Shown here in pieces: positions 17,598 through 27,871 of a DNA stretch of 64,000 nt. Source of the DNA: Patescibacteria group bacterium (lineage in GTDB: Bacteria > Patescibacteriota > Patescibacteriia > Magasanikbacterales > UBA922); contig JBAZZL010000002.1 in assembly GCA_041658785.1 (NCBI GenBank), forward strand, positions 1,714-65,713. The letters are read 5' to 3'. Both the position numbers and the translations under genes were made by a program. The stretch's first letter is position 1, and every line of letters begins with the position of its first letter. The notes beneath the pieces are model-generated. The model searched no databases, was not told the DNA's origin, and saw only the letters and a program-made list of their open reading frames with translations.

Positions 17598-18938
17598 ATG
17601 ACATTTAATGACACTTACAATTATCTTCTTTCTTTGCAAAACCTCCCGCGCAAAGAATACATGAATCACCCGCGCCACTGCGGCATTTATTTGAAACGTC
17701 TGCAATTTTTCCTGAACATTCTGGGCAATCCGGAAAAGAAAATCCCCCGCTACATCCACGTCGCCGGCACCAGCGGCAAGGGCTCAGTAACGGCTTTCTT
17801 ACATTCAATTCTCCAAGCCGCCGGCAAAAAAGTCGGATCAACTCAATCCCCCCATCAGACCGCGATTACCGAACGCTGGAAAATCGGCAATCAATACATG
17901 AACAAAAAAGAATTTATTGATTTGGTGGAATTTATTAAACCAAAACTTGACGAATACATCCGAACCACGCCCTACGATATGCTCTCGTTTTTTGAAATAA
18001 TAGAGGCAATCGGTTTTATTTATTTTGCCAGACACAAAGTTCAATGGCTGGTGCTGGAAACCGGCTGTGGCGGACGATTTGATTCCAGCAATGTTATTCC
18101 GCGTAAAGACATCGCTGTCATCACCACCATCGGCCTGGATCACGTCGGCATCATCGGCGACAACAAATCGGAAATCGCTTATGAAAAGGCGGGAATAATC
18201 AAGCACGGGTGCAAAGTGTTTACGATGGAGGGAGATGAAAAAATAGTTGGCATTATTGAGAAAGAATGTGAAAAAAACAAAGCCAAATTAAATCACGTAT
18301 CACATACCACTTATCACGTATCAAATTTTAATTTAAATAATACTCAATTCATTTATCAAAACGAAACTTTTTGCCTTTCAACCATAGGCGAACACCAAGT
18401 AAAAAACGCGATTTTATGCATTGAAATCGCTCGGGCTCTCGGCATACCAGAAAACGCCATCAAAACCGGCCTAGCCAAAACCAAGCAACCCCTTCGCATG
18501 GAGATTGTATCAAAAAATCCGCTGATTATTCTTGACGGCGCGCACAATCCGGACAAGATGGGGACGACTGTGGCGACACTTCAGCACTTCAGCACTTCAG
18601 CACACAAACCAATAAACCAATCAACTATTAAACCAATAAACTTAATTGTTGGTTTTTCATCCGACAAAAATTACCTCCAAATGATCAAACAACTCTCCAC
18701 CCTGAAACCAAAATCCATCGCCTGCACAAGAAACACGGTCAACCCTTTCCGCAAAGTGGCCGACCCGCAGGATATTGCCAGAAGATTCAAAAAATTTTTA
18801 CCCAAAAGTAAAATCCAAATTTTCCTGGACCCGCGCGCGGCGTTGAATTGGAGCAAAAAACAATATAAAAAAAATAGTGGCCTGATTCTGGCCACTGGGT
18901 CTATTTTTTTGAGCGGGGAATTGCGCCACCGACTCTAA
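17598..18938 (+). CDS. folC: Folylpolyglutamate synthase/dihydrofolate synthase family (Mur ligase fold)
   Basis: IHVAGTSGKGS, ETGCGGRFDSSN, IGLDH, EKAGII, LDGAHN, TGSIFL. Confidence 0.92.
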   Translation: MTFNDTYNYLLSLQNLPRKEYMNHPRHCGIYLKRLQFFLNILGNPEKKIPRYIHVAGTSGKGSVTAFLHSILQAAGKKVGSTQSPHQTAITERWKIGNQYMNKKEFIDLVEFIKPKLDEYIRTTPYDMLSFFEIIEAIGFIYFARHKVQWLVLETGCGGRFDSSNVIPRKDIAVITTIGLDHVGIIGDNKSEIAYEKAGIIKHGCKVFTMEGDEKIVGIIEKECEKNKAKLNHVSHTTYHVSNFNLNNTQFIYQNETFCLSTIGEHQVKNAILCIEIARALGIPENAIKTGLAKTKQPLRMEIVSKNPLIILDGAHNPDKMGTTVATLQHFSTSAHKPINQSTIKPINLIVGFSSDKNYLQMIKQLSTLKPKSIACTRNTVNPFRKVADPQDIARRFKKFLPKSKIQIFLDPRAALNWSKKQYKKNSGLILATGSIFLSGELRHRL

Positions 18939-18955
18939 CTCTAACTTTACCACCA

Positions 18956-19540
18956 TTATAATGTTTTTAATAACGCTTCTATATTCTGCATTTCCTGCTC
19001 ACAATAACTCTGATTTTTCTCTGTTATTTCACCGCTAGTAACAAAATCAAAGAGATATTTCCTTGCCTGACGGATTATCCGTTTCACTTCGGAAACAAAC
19101 GACCCCTCCATGACCATCCGTTGCAACCGTTCCAGCGATTCGTACTCCCTCGTCTGCGACAATGCTTGTTGGGTATCCTCTTCGGAAAAACTAGAAAATT
19201 CTTTCATCGTCTGAACACCCAGCTTCACCGCCTCAAGATAAGTGGCTAAAAAACCAACAAATCCTTCTTTATATTCTTTAAGCGCAACGGTCACCCGACG
19301 CACATCTTCCGATTTGCTCTTGTCGTTTGTATTTTTTTTCAACCATTCCTGTCGCCGTTCAATAGTATGGCAGGCCGTCTCAATATCATTTTGGGCAGAG
19401 AGAAAAATCCGCGCATTTTCAACGAGCCGCATAAACGGCGATTCCTCCCCCCTAACATCCGGTGGCGGCGGCTGTCTTACTAACCGCGGTGTTTTCTCTT
19501 CTGGCGGGATTGGCGGTTTAGTTTTTCTTTCCTCGGTCAT
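18956..19540 (-). CDS. Hypothetical helical protein
   Basis: 194-aa ORF, Pro-rich N-terminus, no recognised motif. Confidence 0.6.
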   Translation of the reverse strand: MTEERKTKPPIPPEEKTPRLVRQPPPPDVRGEESPFMRLVENARIFLSAQNDIETACHTIERRQEWLKKNTNDKSKSEDVRRVTVALKEYKEGFVGFLATYLEAVKLGVQTMKEFSSFSEEDTQQALSQTREYESLERLQRMVMEGSFVSEVKRIIRQARKYLFDFVTSGEITEKNQSYCEQEMQNIEALLKTL

Positions 19541-19585
19541 ATATCAAAATTGCAACAAAATCTATATTACCCATCCTATCATAAT

Positions 19586-19614
19586 TTGACAATCTTGACA
19601 AACTCGTCTATGCT
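19586..19614 (+). promoter_or_regulatory. Sigma70-like promoter of topA (near-leaderless)
   Basis: TTGACA-17-TATGCT, with the ATG 9 nt after the -10 box. Confidence 0.6.
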
Positions 19615-19623
19615 ATTTCCCGT

Positions 19624-22014
19624 ATGAAGACATTAGTTATCGTTGAGTCCCCCACCAAAGCCAAAACAATTTCTAAATTCCTCGGCGCGGATTATACCGT
19701 GGAATCTTCTTTTGGCCATGTGCGCGATCTGCCAAAAAGCAAGATGGGGATTGATATTGAAGGCGGCACTTTTGAGCCAAAGTACGTTGTCTCGCGCGAA
19801 CGCGGTAAAAATGTAAAAAAACTGAAAGATTTGGCAAAAAAAAGCGATGAGATTATTTTCGCTACTGACGAAGACCGCGAAGGCGAGGCCATCTCCTGGC
19901 ACCTTGCTTATCTATTGGATATTGATCCGGCCAAAGCCAAAAGAATCGTCTTTCACGAAATTACCAAGCACGCCATAGATGAAGCGCTAAAAAATCCCCG
20001 ACATATTGACCAGCATCTAGTTGATGCGCAGCAAGCAAGGCGCGTTCTTGACCGGCTGGTGGGTTATGAACTCTCCCCTCTTTTGTGGAAAAAAGTGGCG
20101 CGCGGGCTATCTGCCGGGCGCGTGCAATCGGTCGCGGTTCGGCTGATTGTGGAACGGGAACGAGAAATCCAAAAATTCAAATCCGAAGAGTACTGGACGA
20201 TTGAGGGTATTTTTAAATCAATCAACAAACAGCAATCTCAGACACAGACGGATCCGCCTCTGGCGGAAACAATCAACAATCAGTTTCTGGCAATCCTCCA
20301 TTCAATTGACAATAAAAAACTTGACAAATTTGATCTAAAAACAAAAGCGGACACTGATAAAATTTTGACTGATCTAGACGGCGCTAGTTATTCAATCTTG
20401 AACATTGAAAAAAAAGAAGTCAAGAGAACTCCGCCTCCCCCGTTTACCACCTCTTCGCTTCAGCAAAATGCCCACAACGCGTTTGGCTATTCGGCTAAGC
20501 AAATTATGCGCCTCGCTCAACAGCTTTATGAGGGTGTTAATCTCGGCGCGGAAGGGCATGTCGGACTCATTACTTACATGCGCACCGACTCCTTTAACCT
20601 GTCGCAAAAATTTCTAAATGAAACCAATGCTTTTGTTAAAAAAGAATATGGAGATAAATATAGTCTGAAAAAACCGCGTTTTTACAAAACCAAATCAAAA
20701 GGCGCCCAAGAAGCTCACGAGGCCATTCGGCCAACTGACCCGGCTCGCGCTCCCGAATCAATCAAACAATATCTTGACCCGCAACAATATAAACTTTATT
20801 CCCTAATCTGGCGCCGCGCCGTCGCCACCCAAATGGCCGAAGCACGGTTAAACAAAACCACGATAGACATCAACACGACAACACGACAACACAACAACAC
20901 GACAAACACACCTTCGTATCTATTCAGAGCGTCTGGGCAGATTATGTTGTTTGACGGCTGGCTAAAGCTCTATCCGGACATGATGAGAGAAGAAATGCTG
21001 CCAGAATTAACTAAAGAAGAAAAGCTGAACTGTAAAGAATTAAAACCCGAACAGCACTTTACCCAGCCCCCGGCCCGTTATTCAGATGCCACACTCGTTA
21101 AGGCGCTTGAGGAATTTGGCATTGGCCGGCCGTCTACTTACGCGCCGACGATTTCCACGATTGAAGATCGCGGCTATGTCTTTCGCAATGAGGAAAAACG
21201 GCTCCAGCCGAACGACATCGCTTTTATCGTCAATGATCTTTTGGTAAAACATTTTTCCCAAATTGTTGATTTTCAATTTACCGCCAAAATGGAGGAGCTG
21301 TTTGACGACATAGAAAATGGCGCCGCCGAATGGCAGCCGGTGATAAAAGATTTTTACGGACCTTTTCATCAGACAATTGAAACCAAGACCGCGGAATTAA
21401 ATAAACAGGACGTGGTGCAAGCGAGAGAAATCGGCATTGACCCCAAGACCGGCAAACCCATTTCCGCCCGCGTCGGCCGCTATGGCCCCTTTGTTCAACT
21501 GGGGACAAAAGACGACGAAGAAAAACCCCAATTCGCTTCGCTGGAAAAAGGCATGAGTGTGGAAACCGTAACGCTTGAACAGGCGCTAAAACTCTTGTCT
21601 TTACCGCGCACGCTGGGGACTGACGCGGAAGGAAACGAGATAATCACTGACCAAGGCCGTTTTGGACCGTATGTAAAGATCAATAAACAATTTTTTTCAA
21701 TTAAACCCAAAGATCCCTACACCATCACACTCGCCGAAGCCCGGGAAATCATCAAAGAGGGGGAAGAAAAAAAAGCCAACAAAACGATCAAAGAGTTTCT
21801 CGGCTCCGACATTAAAGTGCTGAACGGACGCTATGGGCCGTATGTGACGGACGGAAAAAAGAACGGCAAAATCCCCAAAGATATCACTGACCCGGCGGCC
21901 ATGACGCTCGCGCAATGCGAAGAGATAATGAAAGATGCCAAACCGCCAAAAAAAAGATCTCGACAATTGATTAGATATATAAATAAGACCAAAAAAGGAC
22001 AATTGGTTGCATAA
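19624..22014 (+). CDS. topA: DNA topoisomerase I with C-terminal repeats
   Basis: VIVESPTKAK, DEDREGE, SAGRVQS, ITYMRTDS, three GRY/FGP C-terminal repeats. Confidence 0.98.
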   Translation: MKTLVIVESPTKAKTISKFLGADYTVESSFGHVRDLPKSKMGIDIEGGTFEPKYVVSRERGKNVKKLKDLAKKSDEIIFATDEDREGEAISWHLAYLLDIDPAKAKRIVFHEITKHAIDEALKNPRHIDQHLVDAQQARRVLDRLVGYELSPLLWKKVARGLSAGRVQSVAVRLIVEREREIQKFKSEEYWTIEGIFKSINKQQSQTQTDPPLAETINNQFLAILHSIDNKKLDKFDLKTKADTDKILTDLDGASYSILNIEKKEVKRTPPPPFTTSSLQQNAHNAFGYSAKQIMRLAQQLYEGVNLGAEGHVGLITYMRTDSFNLSQKFLNETNAFVKKEYGDKYSLKKPRFYKTKSKGAQEAHEAIRPTDPARAPESIKQYLDPQQYKLYSLIWRRAVATQMAEARLNKTTIDINTTTRQHNNTTNTPSYLFRASGQIMLFDGWLKLYPDMMREEMLPELTKEEKLNCKELKPEQHFTQPPARYSDATLVKALEEFGIGRPSTYAPTISTIEDRGYVFRNEEKRLQPNDIAFIVNDLLVKHFSQIVDFQFTAKMEELFDDIENGAAEWQPVIKDFYGPFHQTIETKTAELNKQDVVQAREIGIDPKTGKPISARVGRYGPFVQLGTKDDEEKPQFASLEKGMSVETVTLEQALKLLSLPRTLGTDAEGNEIITDQGRFGPYVKINKQFFSIKPKDPYTITLAEAREIIKEGEEKKANKTIKEFLGSDIKVLNGRYGPYVTDGKKNGKIPKDITDPAAMTLAQCEEIMKDAKPPKKRSRQLIRYINKTKKGQLVA

Positions 22015-23500
22015 AACGCACTCTGTGCCAAAAAAAAAAGAAACAATTGATGATTTGATAAATAAGGTCTCGGCGTATACGGCTAAAGCAGACATAGAGA
22101 TCGTACGCCTGGCTTTTGATTTTGCCAACGAAGCGCACAAAGGCCAACACAGAAAAACAGGTGAAGCATATATAGAGCACCCGTTGGCCGCTGCTCACCT
22201 GTTGGCCGATATGCGTATTGATCCAGTAATAATCATTGCCGCGCTATTGCACGATGTTCCAGAAGACACCGATGTATCATTGGATGAAATAGAAAAAAAT
22301 TTTGGCGCTGAAATTGCATCACTTGTCAGCGGCATTACAAAATTGGGAAAACTCAAATATAGGGGAGTAGAACGATACATCGAAAATCTTAGAAAAATGT
22401 TTGTCGCCATGGCAGAAGATGTGCGGGTGATGATTATCAAATTTGCCGACCGTATTCATAATCTGCAAACCCTGGATGCTCTGCCGCCGCAAAAACAATA
22501 CCGCATTTCACTTGAAAGTTTGGAAATTTATGCTCCAATTGCCAATCGGCTGGGCATGGATGAAATGAAATCAAAATTGGAAGATCTGTCATTCAAATAC
22601 GTTTATCCAAAAGAATACCAAAGAATCAAGATTCTCAGAGAGAAAAAAATTGAAGGAAAAGAAAAATACTTCACAGAAGTGCAAAAAATAGCAAAAAAAG
22701 AAATGGAAAAAGCGGGAATAAATATCATTGAAATATCCGGCAGAAATAAACGGCTATATAGTTTTTACAAAAAATTGCTTAAAAAAAATAATGACATCAA
22801 TAAAGTCTACGATCTGATAGCTATCCGAATAATTGTAAAAACTGTAGCCGACTGTTACGCTGTACTCGGCATCCTGCATAATATTTGGAAACCGATGAAA
22901 GGAAGAATTAAAGACTATATTTCCCAGCCCAAACCTAATGGATATCAATCATTGCATACTACGGTATTCGGAGAGGATGGAGAACTGGTGGAATTCCAAA
23001 TCAGAACACAGGAAATGCAGGACGAAGCGCAATATGGAGTAGCCGCGCACTGGCATTATGATGAACACGGATCTCGCGTACCCAAAAAACAAATAAAATG
23101 GGTAAAAGAGCTTGCGGAAATACAAAAAGACATACTTTCCAAACTCTCTGATTTGGAGGAAATAAAAATTGATTTTTTACAATCACGCATTTTTATATTT
23201 ACGCCAAAAGGCGACGTAATTGACCTGCCGGAAGGAGCCGTGCCGGTAGACTTTGCTTATCACATTCATTCAGATATCGGAAATAAATGTATCGGAGCGC
23301 GCATCAACGACAAGATGGTTAGTCTGGATACCGAGCTTAATAGTGGCGACATGGTAGAGATAATTATCGACAAAAATCGCAAAGGGCCCAGCCGGGATTG
23401 GCTCGACTTCGTAAAAACTCACACCGCAAGAGCGAGAATAAAAGCGGAACAAAAAAAATCTTTAACCGGATGGTTAAGATCAGTTCTGCCAAAAAAATAA
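22007..23500 (+). CDS. rel: RelA/SpoT family (p)ppGpp hydrolase/synthetase with TGS, C-terminally short
   Basis: ALLHDV, KFADRIHN, KPNGYQSLHT, EFQIRT, AAHWHY, FTPKGD TGS domain; exact start uncertain. Confidence 0.92.
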   Translation: MHKTHSVPKKKETIDDLINKVSAYTAKADIEIVRLAFDFANEAHKGQHRKTGEAYIEHPLAAAHLLADMRIDPVIIIAALLHDVPEDTDVSLDEIEKNFGAEIASLVSGITKLGKLKYRGVERYIENLRKMFVAMAEDVRVMIIKFADRIHNLQTLDALPPQKQYRISLESLEIYAPIANRLGMDEMKSKLEDLSFKYVYPKEYQRIKILREKKIEGKEKYFTEVQKIAKKEMEKAGINIIEISGRNKRLYSFYKKLLKKNNDINKVYDLIAIRIIVKTVADCYAVLGILHNIWKPMKGRIKDYISQPKPNGYQSLHTTVFGEDGELVEFQIRTQEMQDEAQYGVAAHWHYDEHGSRVPKKQIKWVKELAEIQKDILSKLSDLEEIKIDFLQSRIFIFTPKGDVIDLPEGAVPVDFAYHIHSDIGNKCIGARINDKMVSLDTELNSGDMVEIIIDKNRKGPSRDWLDFVKTHTARARIKAEQKKSLTGWLRSVLPKK

Positions 23501-23524
23501 AAAATCAAATAGTCTCTGCTCTAA

Positions 23525-24382
23525 TCAAGACAATTCCTCCATCAACCTCCTCAGCTCTTCTCTTGAATAATACTCAATCACTATCGTTCCCCTTTCTCCT
23601 CTTTGGGTAATATGCACTTTTGTGCCCAAGTTCTCTTCCAAAAGCTGTTCTTGCGCCAACAGATTCGGATCACGACGGACAGAACCTTTTCTTGATTTTG
23701 GTCCTCTGGCTGCAACCGTCCGCTCAACATCCCTTACGGTCACCGACTCCCCTATCATGCTGGAAAATACCTTCAATTGATCCTTTTGATTTTTCAAGCT
23801 CAAAAGCGCGCGGGCTTTGCCGGCGCTTAATTTGCCATCAACCAACGCCTTTTGGATCTCATCTGGCAAATCTAGCAGCCTGATTGTGTTGGCAATCGCC
23901 GATCGGCTCTTGCCCACTTGGTCGGCAATTTCTTGCTGTGTAAGACCAAACTCATCAATTAAGCGCTGATAAGCAAACGCCTCTTCAATCGGATTCAAAT
24001 CCTGCCTTTGGATATTTTCCACCAAGGCGAGCTCCAATTTTTCCTGTTGCGTCGCTGCGCGCACAATAGCGGGAATAGTCGGCAACCCAGCCATCTGCGA
24101 AGCTCGCAAACGCCTTTCTCCAGCCACCAACTCATAACCCCCGTCATCGCGCTCTATTACCGTCACAGGTTGTAATATGCCGTGGCGCTTGATAGAAGCA
24201 ACCAAGCCCTCAAGTTCCTGGTGCGAAAAATCGCGCCTAGGTTGCTCGCTATTGGGGACAATTTCAAAAATTGGAATATGCCAAATCTGATTGCCGTTTA
24301 ATACCGGTATTTCTTCCTTTTGAACTTTTCTGCGTGTTTTTTGTTGTGGAATTAATGAACCCAAACCCTTTCCGAGTGCCAT
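23525..24382 (-). CDS. parB: Chromosome partitioning protein ParB
   Basis: LGKGLGSLIP, QPR, GERRLRAS, ENIQRQDL, HTH. Confidence 0.96.
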   Translation of the reverse strand: MALGKGLGSLIPQQKTRRKVQKEEIPVLNGNQIWHIPIFEIVPNSEQPRRDFSHQELEGLVASIKRHGILQPVTVIERDDGGYELVAGERRLRASQMAGLPTIPAIVRAATQQEKLELALVENIQRQDLNPIEEAFAYQRLIDEFGLTQQEIADQVGKSRSAIANTIRLLDLPDEIQKALVDGKLSAGKARALLSLKNQKDQLKVFSSMIGESVTVRDVERTVAARGPKSRKGSVRRDPNLLAQEQLLEENLGTKVHITQRGERGTIVIEYYSREELRRLMEELS

Positions 24383-24404
24383 ATTGTAAATAATAATTCT
24401 AATT

Positions 24405-25172
24405 TTATACTTGATGCTTTTCTAGCACCTCCCTTGCCAGTCTCTCATAAGCTTTTGCGCCCTTTCCGCTAGGATCATAATGAAAAATTGATTGTCCAAA
24501 ACTTGGGGCTTCGGCAAGACGAATGGTGCGTGGGATAATTGATCTAAATATTGTATCAGGAAAATATTTATAAAGTTCATTCATAACATCTTCTGACAAT
24601 CGCGTCCGCTTATCAAACATGGTAATGACAGCGCCTAAAACTTCTAATTCCGGTTTTAGGTGCTCTTGAATCAGTCCAATTGTCTCCAACAACTGCCCCA
24701 ACCCTTCCAAAGCATAGTATTCCGCTTGGACAGGAATTAAAATCTCATCTGCGGCAACTAGAGCATTGACGGTCAAAAGCCCAAGCGATGGAGGGCAATC
24801 AATAATTATATAATCGTACGCGTGTTTAACTTCGGAAAGAAGCTCTGCCAGCTGATATTCTCTGCGCTCCATGTTTACTAACTCAACATTGGCCCCGGCT
24901 AAATTTGGAGTCCCTGGCGCTATCCGAAGGCCTTCGTGCGCTGTGTTGTGGACCACATCATGAAGCCGTTTCTGACCAGCCAGGGCTTCATACAAGCCAT
25001 ATGGCAATTCTTTATATGTAATGCCAAAACCGCTGGTGGCATTTCCCTGCGGATCAATATCAACCAATAATACAAACTTTCCAAATTCGGCCAAAGCAGC
25101 CGCAAGGTTGACAGCGGTTGTTGTTTTACCAACTCCGCCTTTTTGGTTGACAATAGAGATTATTTTACTCAT
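24405..25172 (-). CDS. parA: Chromosome partitioning ATPase ParA/Soj
   Basis: NQKGGVGKTT, DIDPQGNAT, DCPPSLG, LAEAPSFG. Confidence 0.96.
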   Translation of the reverse strand: MSKIISIVNQKGGVGKTTTAVNLAAALAEFGKFVLLVDIDPQGNATSGFGITYKELPYGLYEALAGQKRLHDVVHNTAHEGLRIAPGTPNLAGANVELVNMERREYQLAELLSEVKHAYDYIIIDCPPSLGLLTVNALVAADEILIPVQAEYYALEGLGQLLETIGLIQEHLKPELEVLGAVITMFDKRTRLSEDVMNELYKYFPDTIFRSIIPRTIRLAEAPSFGQSIFHYDPSGKGAKAYERLAREVLEKHQV

Positions 25173-25387
25173 ATTCATCACGGTACACGATGCGCGTAAT
25201 CATAATTCATGATGCGCGCAACATGAATCATGACAAATTGTTCGAGATTAAGTCATGCTGGGCCTGCCCTGAGCCAAGCCGAAAGGTGCATCGTGCCGTA
25301 CGCATCATGATAATTATACACTAAATTGACAAAAAAACCAAAATGGGCTATAATCTTTCCACAAAAACCACACTAACAAAAAATTAT

Positions 25388-25472
25388 GCCGCCGTGGTGA
25401 AACTGGTAGACACGCACGACTCAAAATCGTGTGCTGAAAGGCATGTCGGTTCAACTCCGACCGGCGGCACCA
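25388..25472 (+). tRNA. tRNA-Leu(CAA)
   Basis: Anticodon arm CACGA-CTCAAAA-TCGTG, long variable arm, encoded CCA. Confidence 0.95.
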
Positions 25473-25484
25473 TGAATACTTCTT

Positions 25485-25984
25485 CTACAACAACCAGCGC
25501 AACGTCCCGCCAGCAAATAGAGTAATCAATGTTACCGCTGTCGCCGCCAAACACACTCCCGCCAAAATAGACCAAAAAGCTTTTTTAAAAGGGATGTTAA
25601 AAACAAATGCGGCGAGCGCTCCGGTCCATGCGCCGGTAAGCGGCAGCGGAATGCCTACAAAAATGGCCAAGCCAATAATTCCATATTTGGCATAACTGCC
25701 GGAAAACTTTTTTTCTGCTCTTTTGAGCAAATTTGTAAAAAATGATCCTAAAAATCTTTTACTTATCACCAACCGATGAACACTTGGTATAAAATACAAA
25801 ATAATCGCCGACGGCAGCATATTGCCAATAACCGAAATCAACCACGCCTTCCAGACTGTTAATTTATAAACTTCAATCGCAATCGGAATTGACGCCCTTA
25901 GTTCAGTCAAAGGAAGCATGGAGAGAAAAAAGTCGCGAGTTCGGACGACAGACCAGTAAACCAAGTGACAGGATTTAAAACCAT
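25485..25984 (-). pseudogene. COG2426 small multidrug-export-like membrane protein with an apparent frameshift near the 5' end
   Basis: MLPLTELRASIP and FVGIPLPLTGAWTG motifs; ATG 25984 (MVLNPVTWFTGLSSELATFF) is out of frame with the body at the A6 run 25926-25931. Confidence 0.7.
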
Positions 25985-26091
25985 AAGATTGAAAGGCTTG
26001 TCCCGAGCGGAGTCGAGGGATTATAAGATTAAAAAATTATTTATTTCTAACGATGCTTTGGCAACAATCTTTTAGTTAGTCTTTCAATCTT

Positions 26092-27132
26092 TTAGTCTTC
26101 GTCTTCCGGCCAGCGATAATTCTCAAACACCCACTTCGCGATATCGCGCGCTTCGGTAAACCTCGCTTCATGCCTGTCTGCGCCCAATACAACAACATTT
26201 AACCAATGCTCTGCCTCATCTCCGATCTGAACTGCAAAATTATATCCGGCGGCCGGCGTATAACCTGTTTTTCCTCCGCTTAAATTAAAAAATTTATGTT
26301 GTATCCAGCCCAATAAAAGCCAATCTGTATTCCATATATGATGCGACTTGCGGCGTTCTCGAGAATACAAAGTCAGCTCTTTCTTGATTATTGTTTCCTT
26401 TATTTTCTGTTTTGTCAGCGCTTCATCAAGTAAAATAGAAACATCAGATGCGGTTGACACATTCTCATCATCTAGGCCGGTTGGATCTGCAAACCGCGTA
26501 TTACTCATCCCGAGCTCCAGCGCTTTTTGGTTCATGCGCTCGATAAAAGCCTCTTCTGGCCAGTCCAAAGCATTGGCCAATGTCTTTATTGCTTTATTTG
26601 ATGATCCAATTAATGCCGCATCCCACAACTCTTGGAGAGTATATGAATCAAAAGCATACATATGAGTATCAAGAGAATCTGCGCCAATCACCTCTGTAGT
26701 CGTTGACCAATCGATATCTTTTTCTAAAAGAACCAGCGCGCTCATCAGTTTTGTAATACTGGCAATCGGCCTTGCTTGGTATGGATTTTTGCTGTACAAC
26801 AATGCCCCTGTTTCACGATCTTTAACAACCATGCTTGCGGCGGTAAAAGTCTCTTCTGGCAACATCTCGCCGATCAATTCAGGCCGTTGCGGTTCTTGAA
26901 TTTTAGGAGGCGCAACTGTAATATCCCCGCCAGTTTGGGTTTCTGTTTCTGGTATGACCAGCGTTTTTGGCAAAAGCTGTCTGGCAAATTCCGCCTGTTC
27001 AGGAGTGATCTGTATAAATTTGATACTGGCCGCAATACCGATACCCAAGAATAAAATTCCCGCGCTAAGAACATTGCGCCATTTATTTGACTGGTCTTTT
27101 ATCGGATCTGGCGGTAAAAAAGTATTGGACAT
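26092..27132 (-). CDS. D-alanyl-D-alanine carboxypeptidase, peptidase S11
   Basis: ASITKLM (SxxK), SSN (SxN), KTG triad, N-terminal TM. Confidence 0.92.
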   Translation of the reverse strand: MSNTFLPPDPIKDQSNKWRNVLSAGILFLGIGIAASIKFIQITPEQAEFARQLLPKTLVIPETETQTGGDITVAPPKIQEPQRPELIGEMLPEETFTAASMVVKDRETGALLYSKNPYQARPIASITKLMSALVLLEKDIDWSTTTEVIGADSLDTHMYAFDSYTLQELWDAALIGSSNKAIKTLANALDWPEEAFIERMNQKALELGMSNTRFADPTGLDDENVSTASDVSILLDEALTKQKIKETIIKKELTLYSRERRKSHHIWNTDWLLLGWIQHKFFNLSGGKTGYTPAAGYNFAVQIGDEAEHWLNVVVLGADRHEARFTEARDIAKWVFENYRWPEDED

Positions 27133-27200
27133 AATGACTAGAGGAGTGAAGCCGCTCCAAAAAACTATAATTAAATTTCGTAATTCAAAGTAAATTAATA

Positions 27201-27752
27201 CTAATCGTTGATATTTGGCGGTGGTTGGCTCTCCAATATCCGCCCCAAACATTCATGAGTGTGTAAATTATCATATTCTGGCAATTCCTCAACTGAAGTA
27301 ATCCCAAGCTGGCGCAGAGCATCAAACGATAGTGTGTACACCATCGCCAACCTTCCATCGTCCTGCTTTTCCTCAATTAATCCGCGCATCAAAAGATTGC
27401 GCAAAATTATCGCGCAATTTACTCCGCGAATCTGTTCAAGCTCTGGTCTGGTAATCGGACTGCGATAAGCAATCACAGTCAAAGTTTCTAATTGCGGCTT
27501 AGTTAACTCGCCAGCAACTTCATCTTTGATAAATACCCGAATTGCGTCAGCATTTTTGGGATTTGTGCCCATTTGCACAGTTTCTCCATCAACAAAAAGA
27601 TGGATCCCGGATTCCTCGCGGTTATATTTCATTTTAAGCGTCTCAATTGCCCCTCCCACATCAGCAACATTTTTTCCAATCGCCCTTGCAATTGCTTCAA
27701 AAGCCAACGGCTTTGATGCGACAAAGAGAATTGATTCAATTTTGTCTAACAT
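27201..27752 (-). CDS. scpB: SMC-ScpAB complex subunit ScpB
   Basis: IESILF, LETLTVIAY, EQIRGVN, VEELP. Confidence 0.93.
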   Translation of the reverse strand: MLDKIESILFVASKPLAFEAIARAIGKNVADVGGAIETLKMKYNREESGIHLFVDGETVQMGTNPKNADAIRVFIKDEVAGELTKPQLETLTVIAYRSPITRPELEQIRGVNCAIILRNLLMRGLIEEKQDDGRLAMVYTLSFDALRQLGITSVEELPEYDNLHTHECLGRILESQPPPNIND

Positions 27753-27871
27753 ATTTGCTTATTCTCCTTTTTTTATATACCCCTTCGCCTTACTAATTCC
27801 GATTTTGCAAAAATTAAATTCCAATTATTTTATTAAGTTTTAACTATGATTTAACGTTAGGCTTCGGAGTA

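Noticed and set aside
23525-25340. parS site or replication origin near parAB
   Set aside because: No GTTTCACGTGAAAC-like palindrome or DnaA-box cluster was seen by eye
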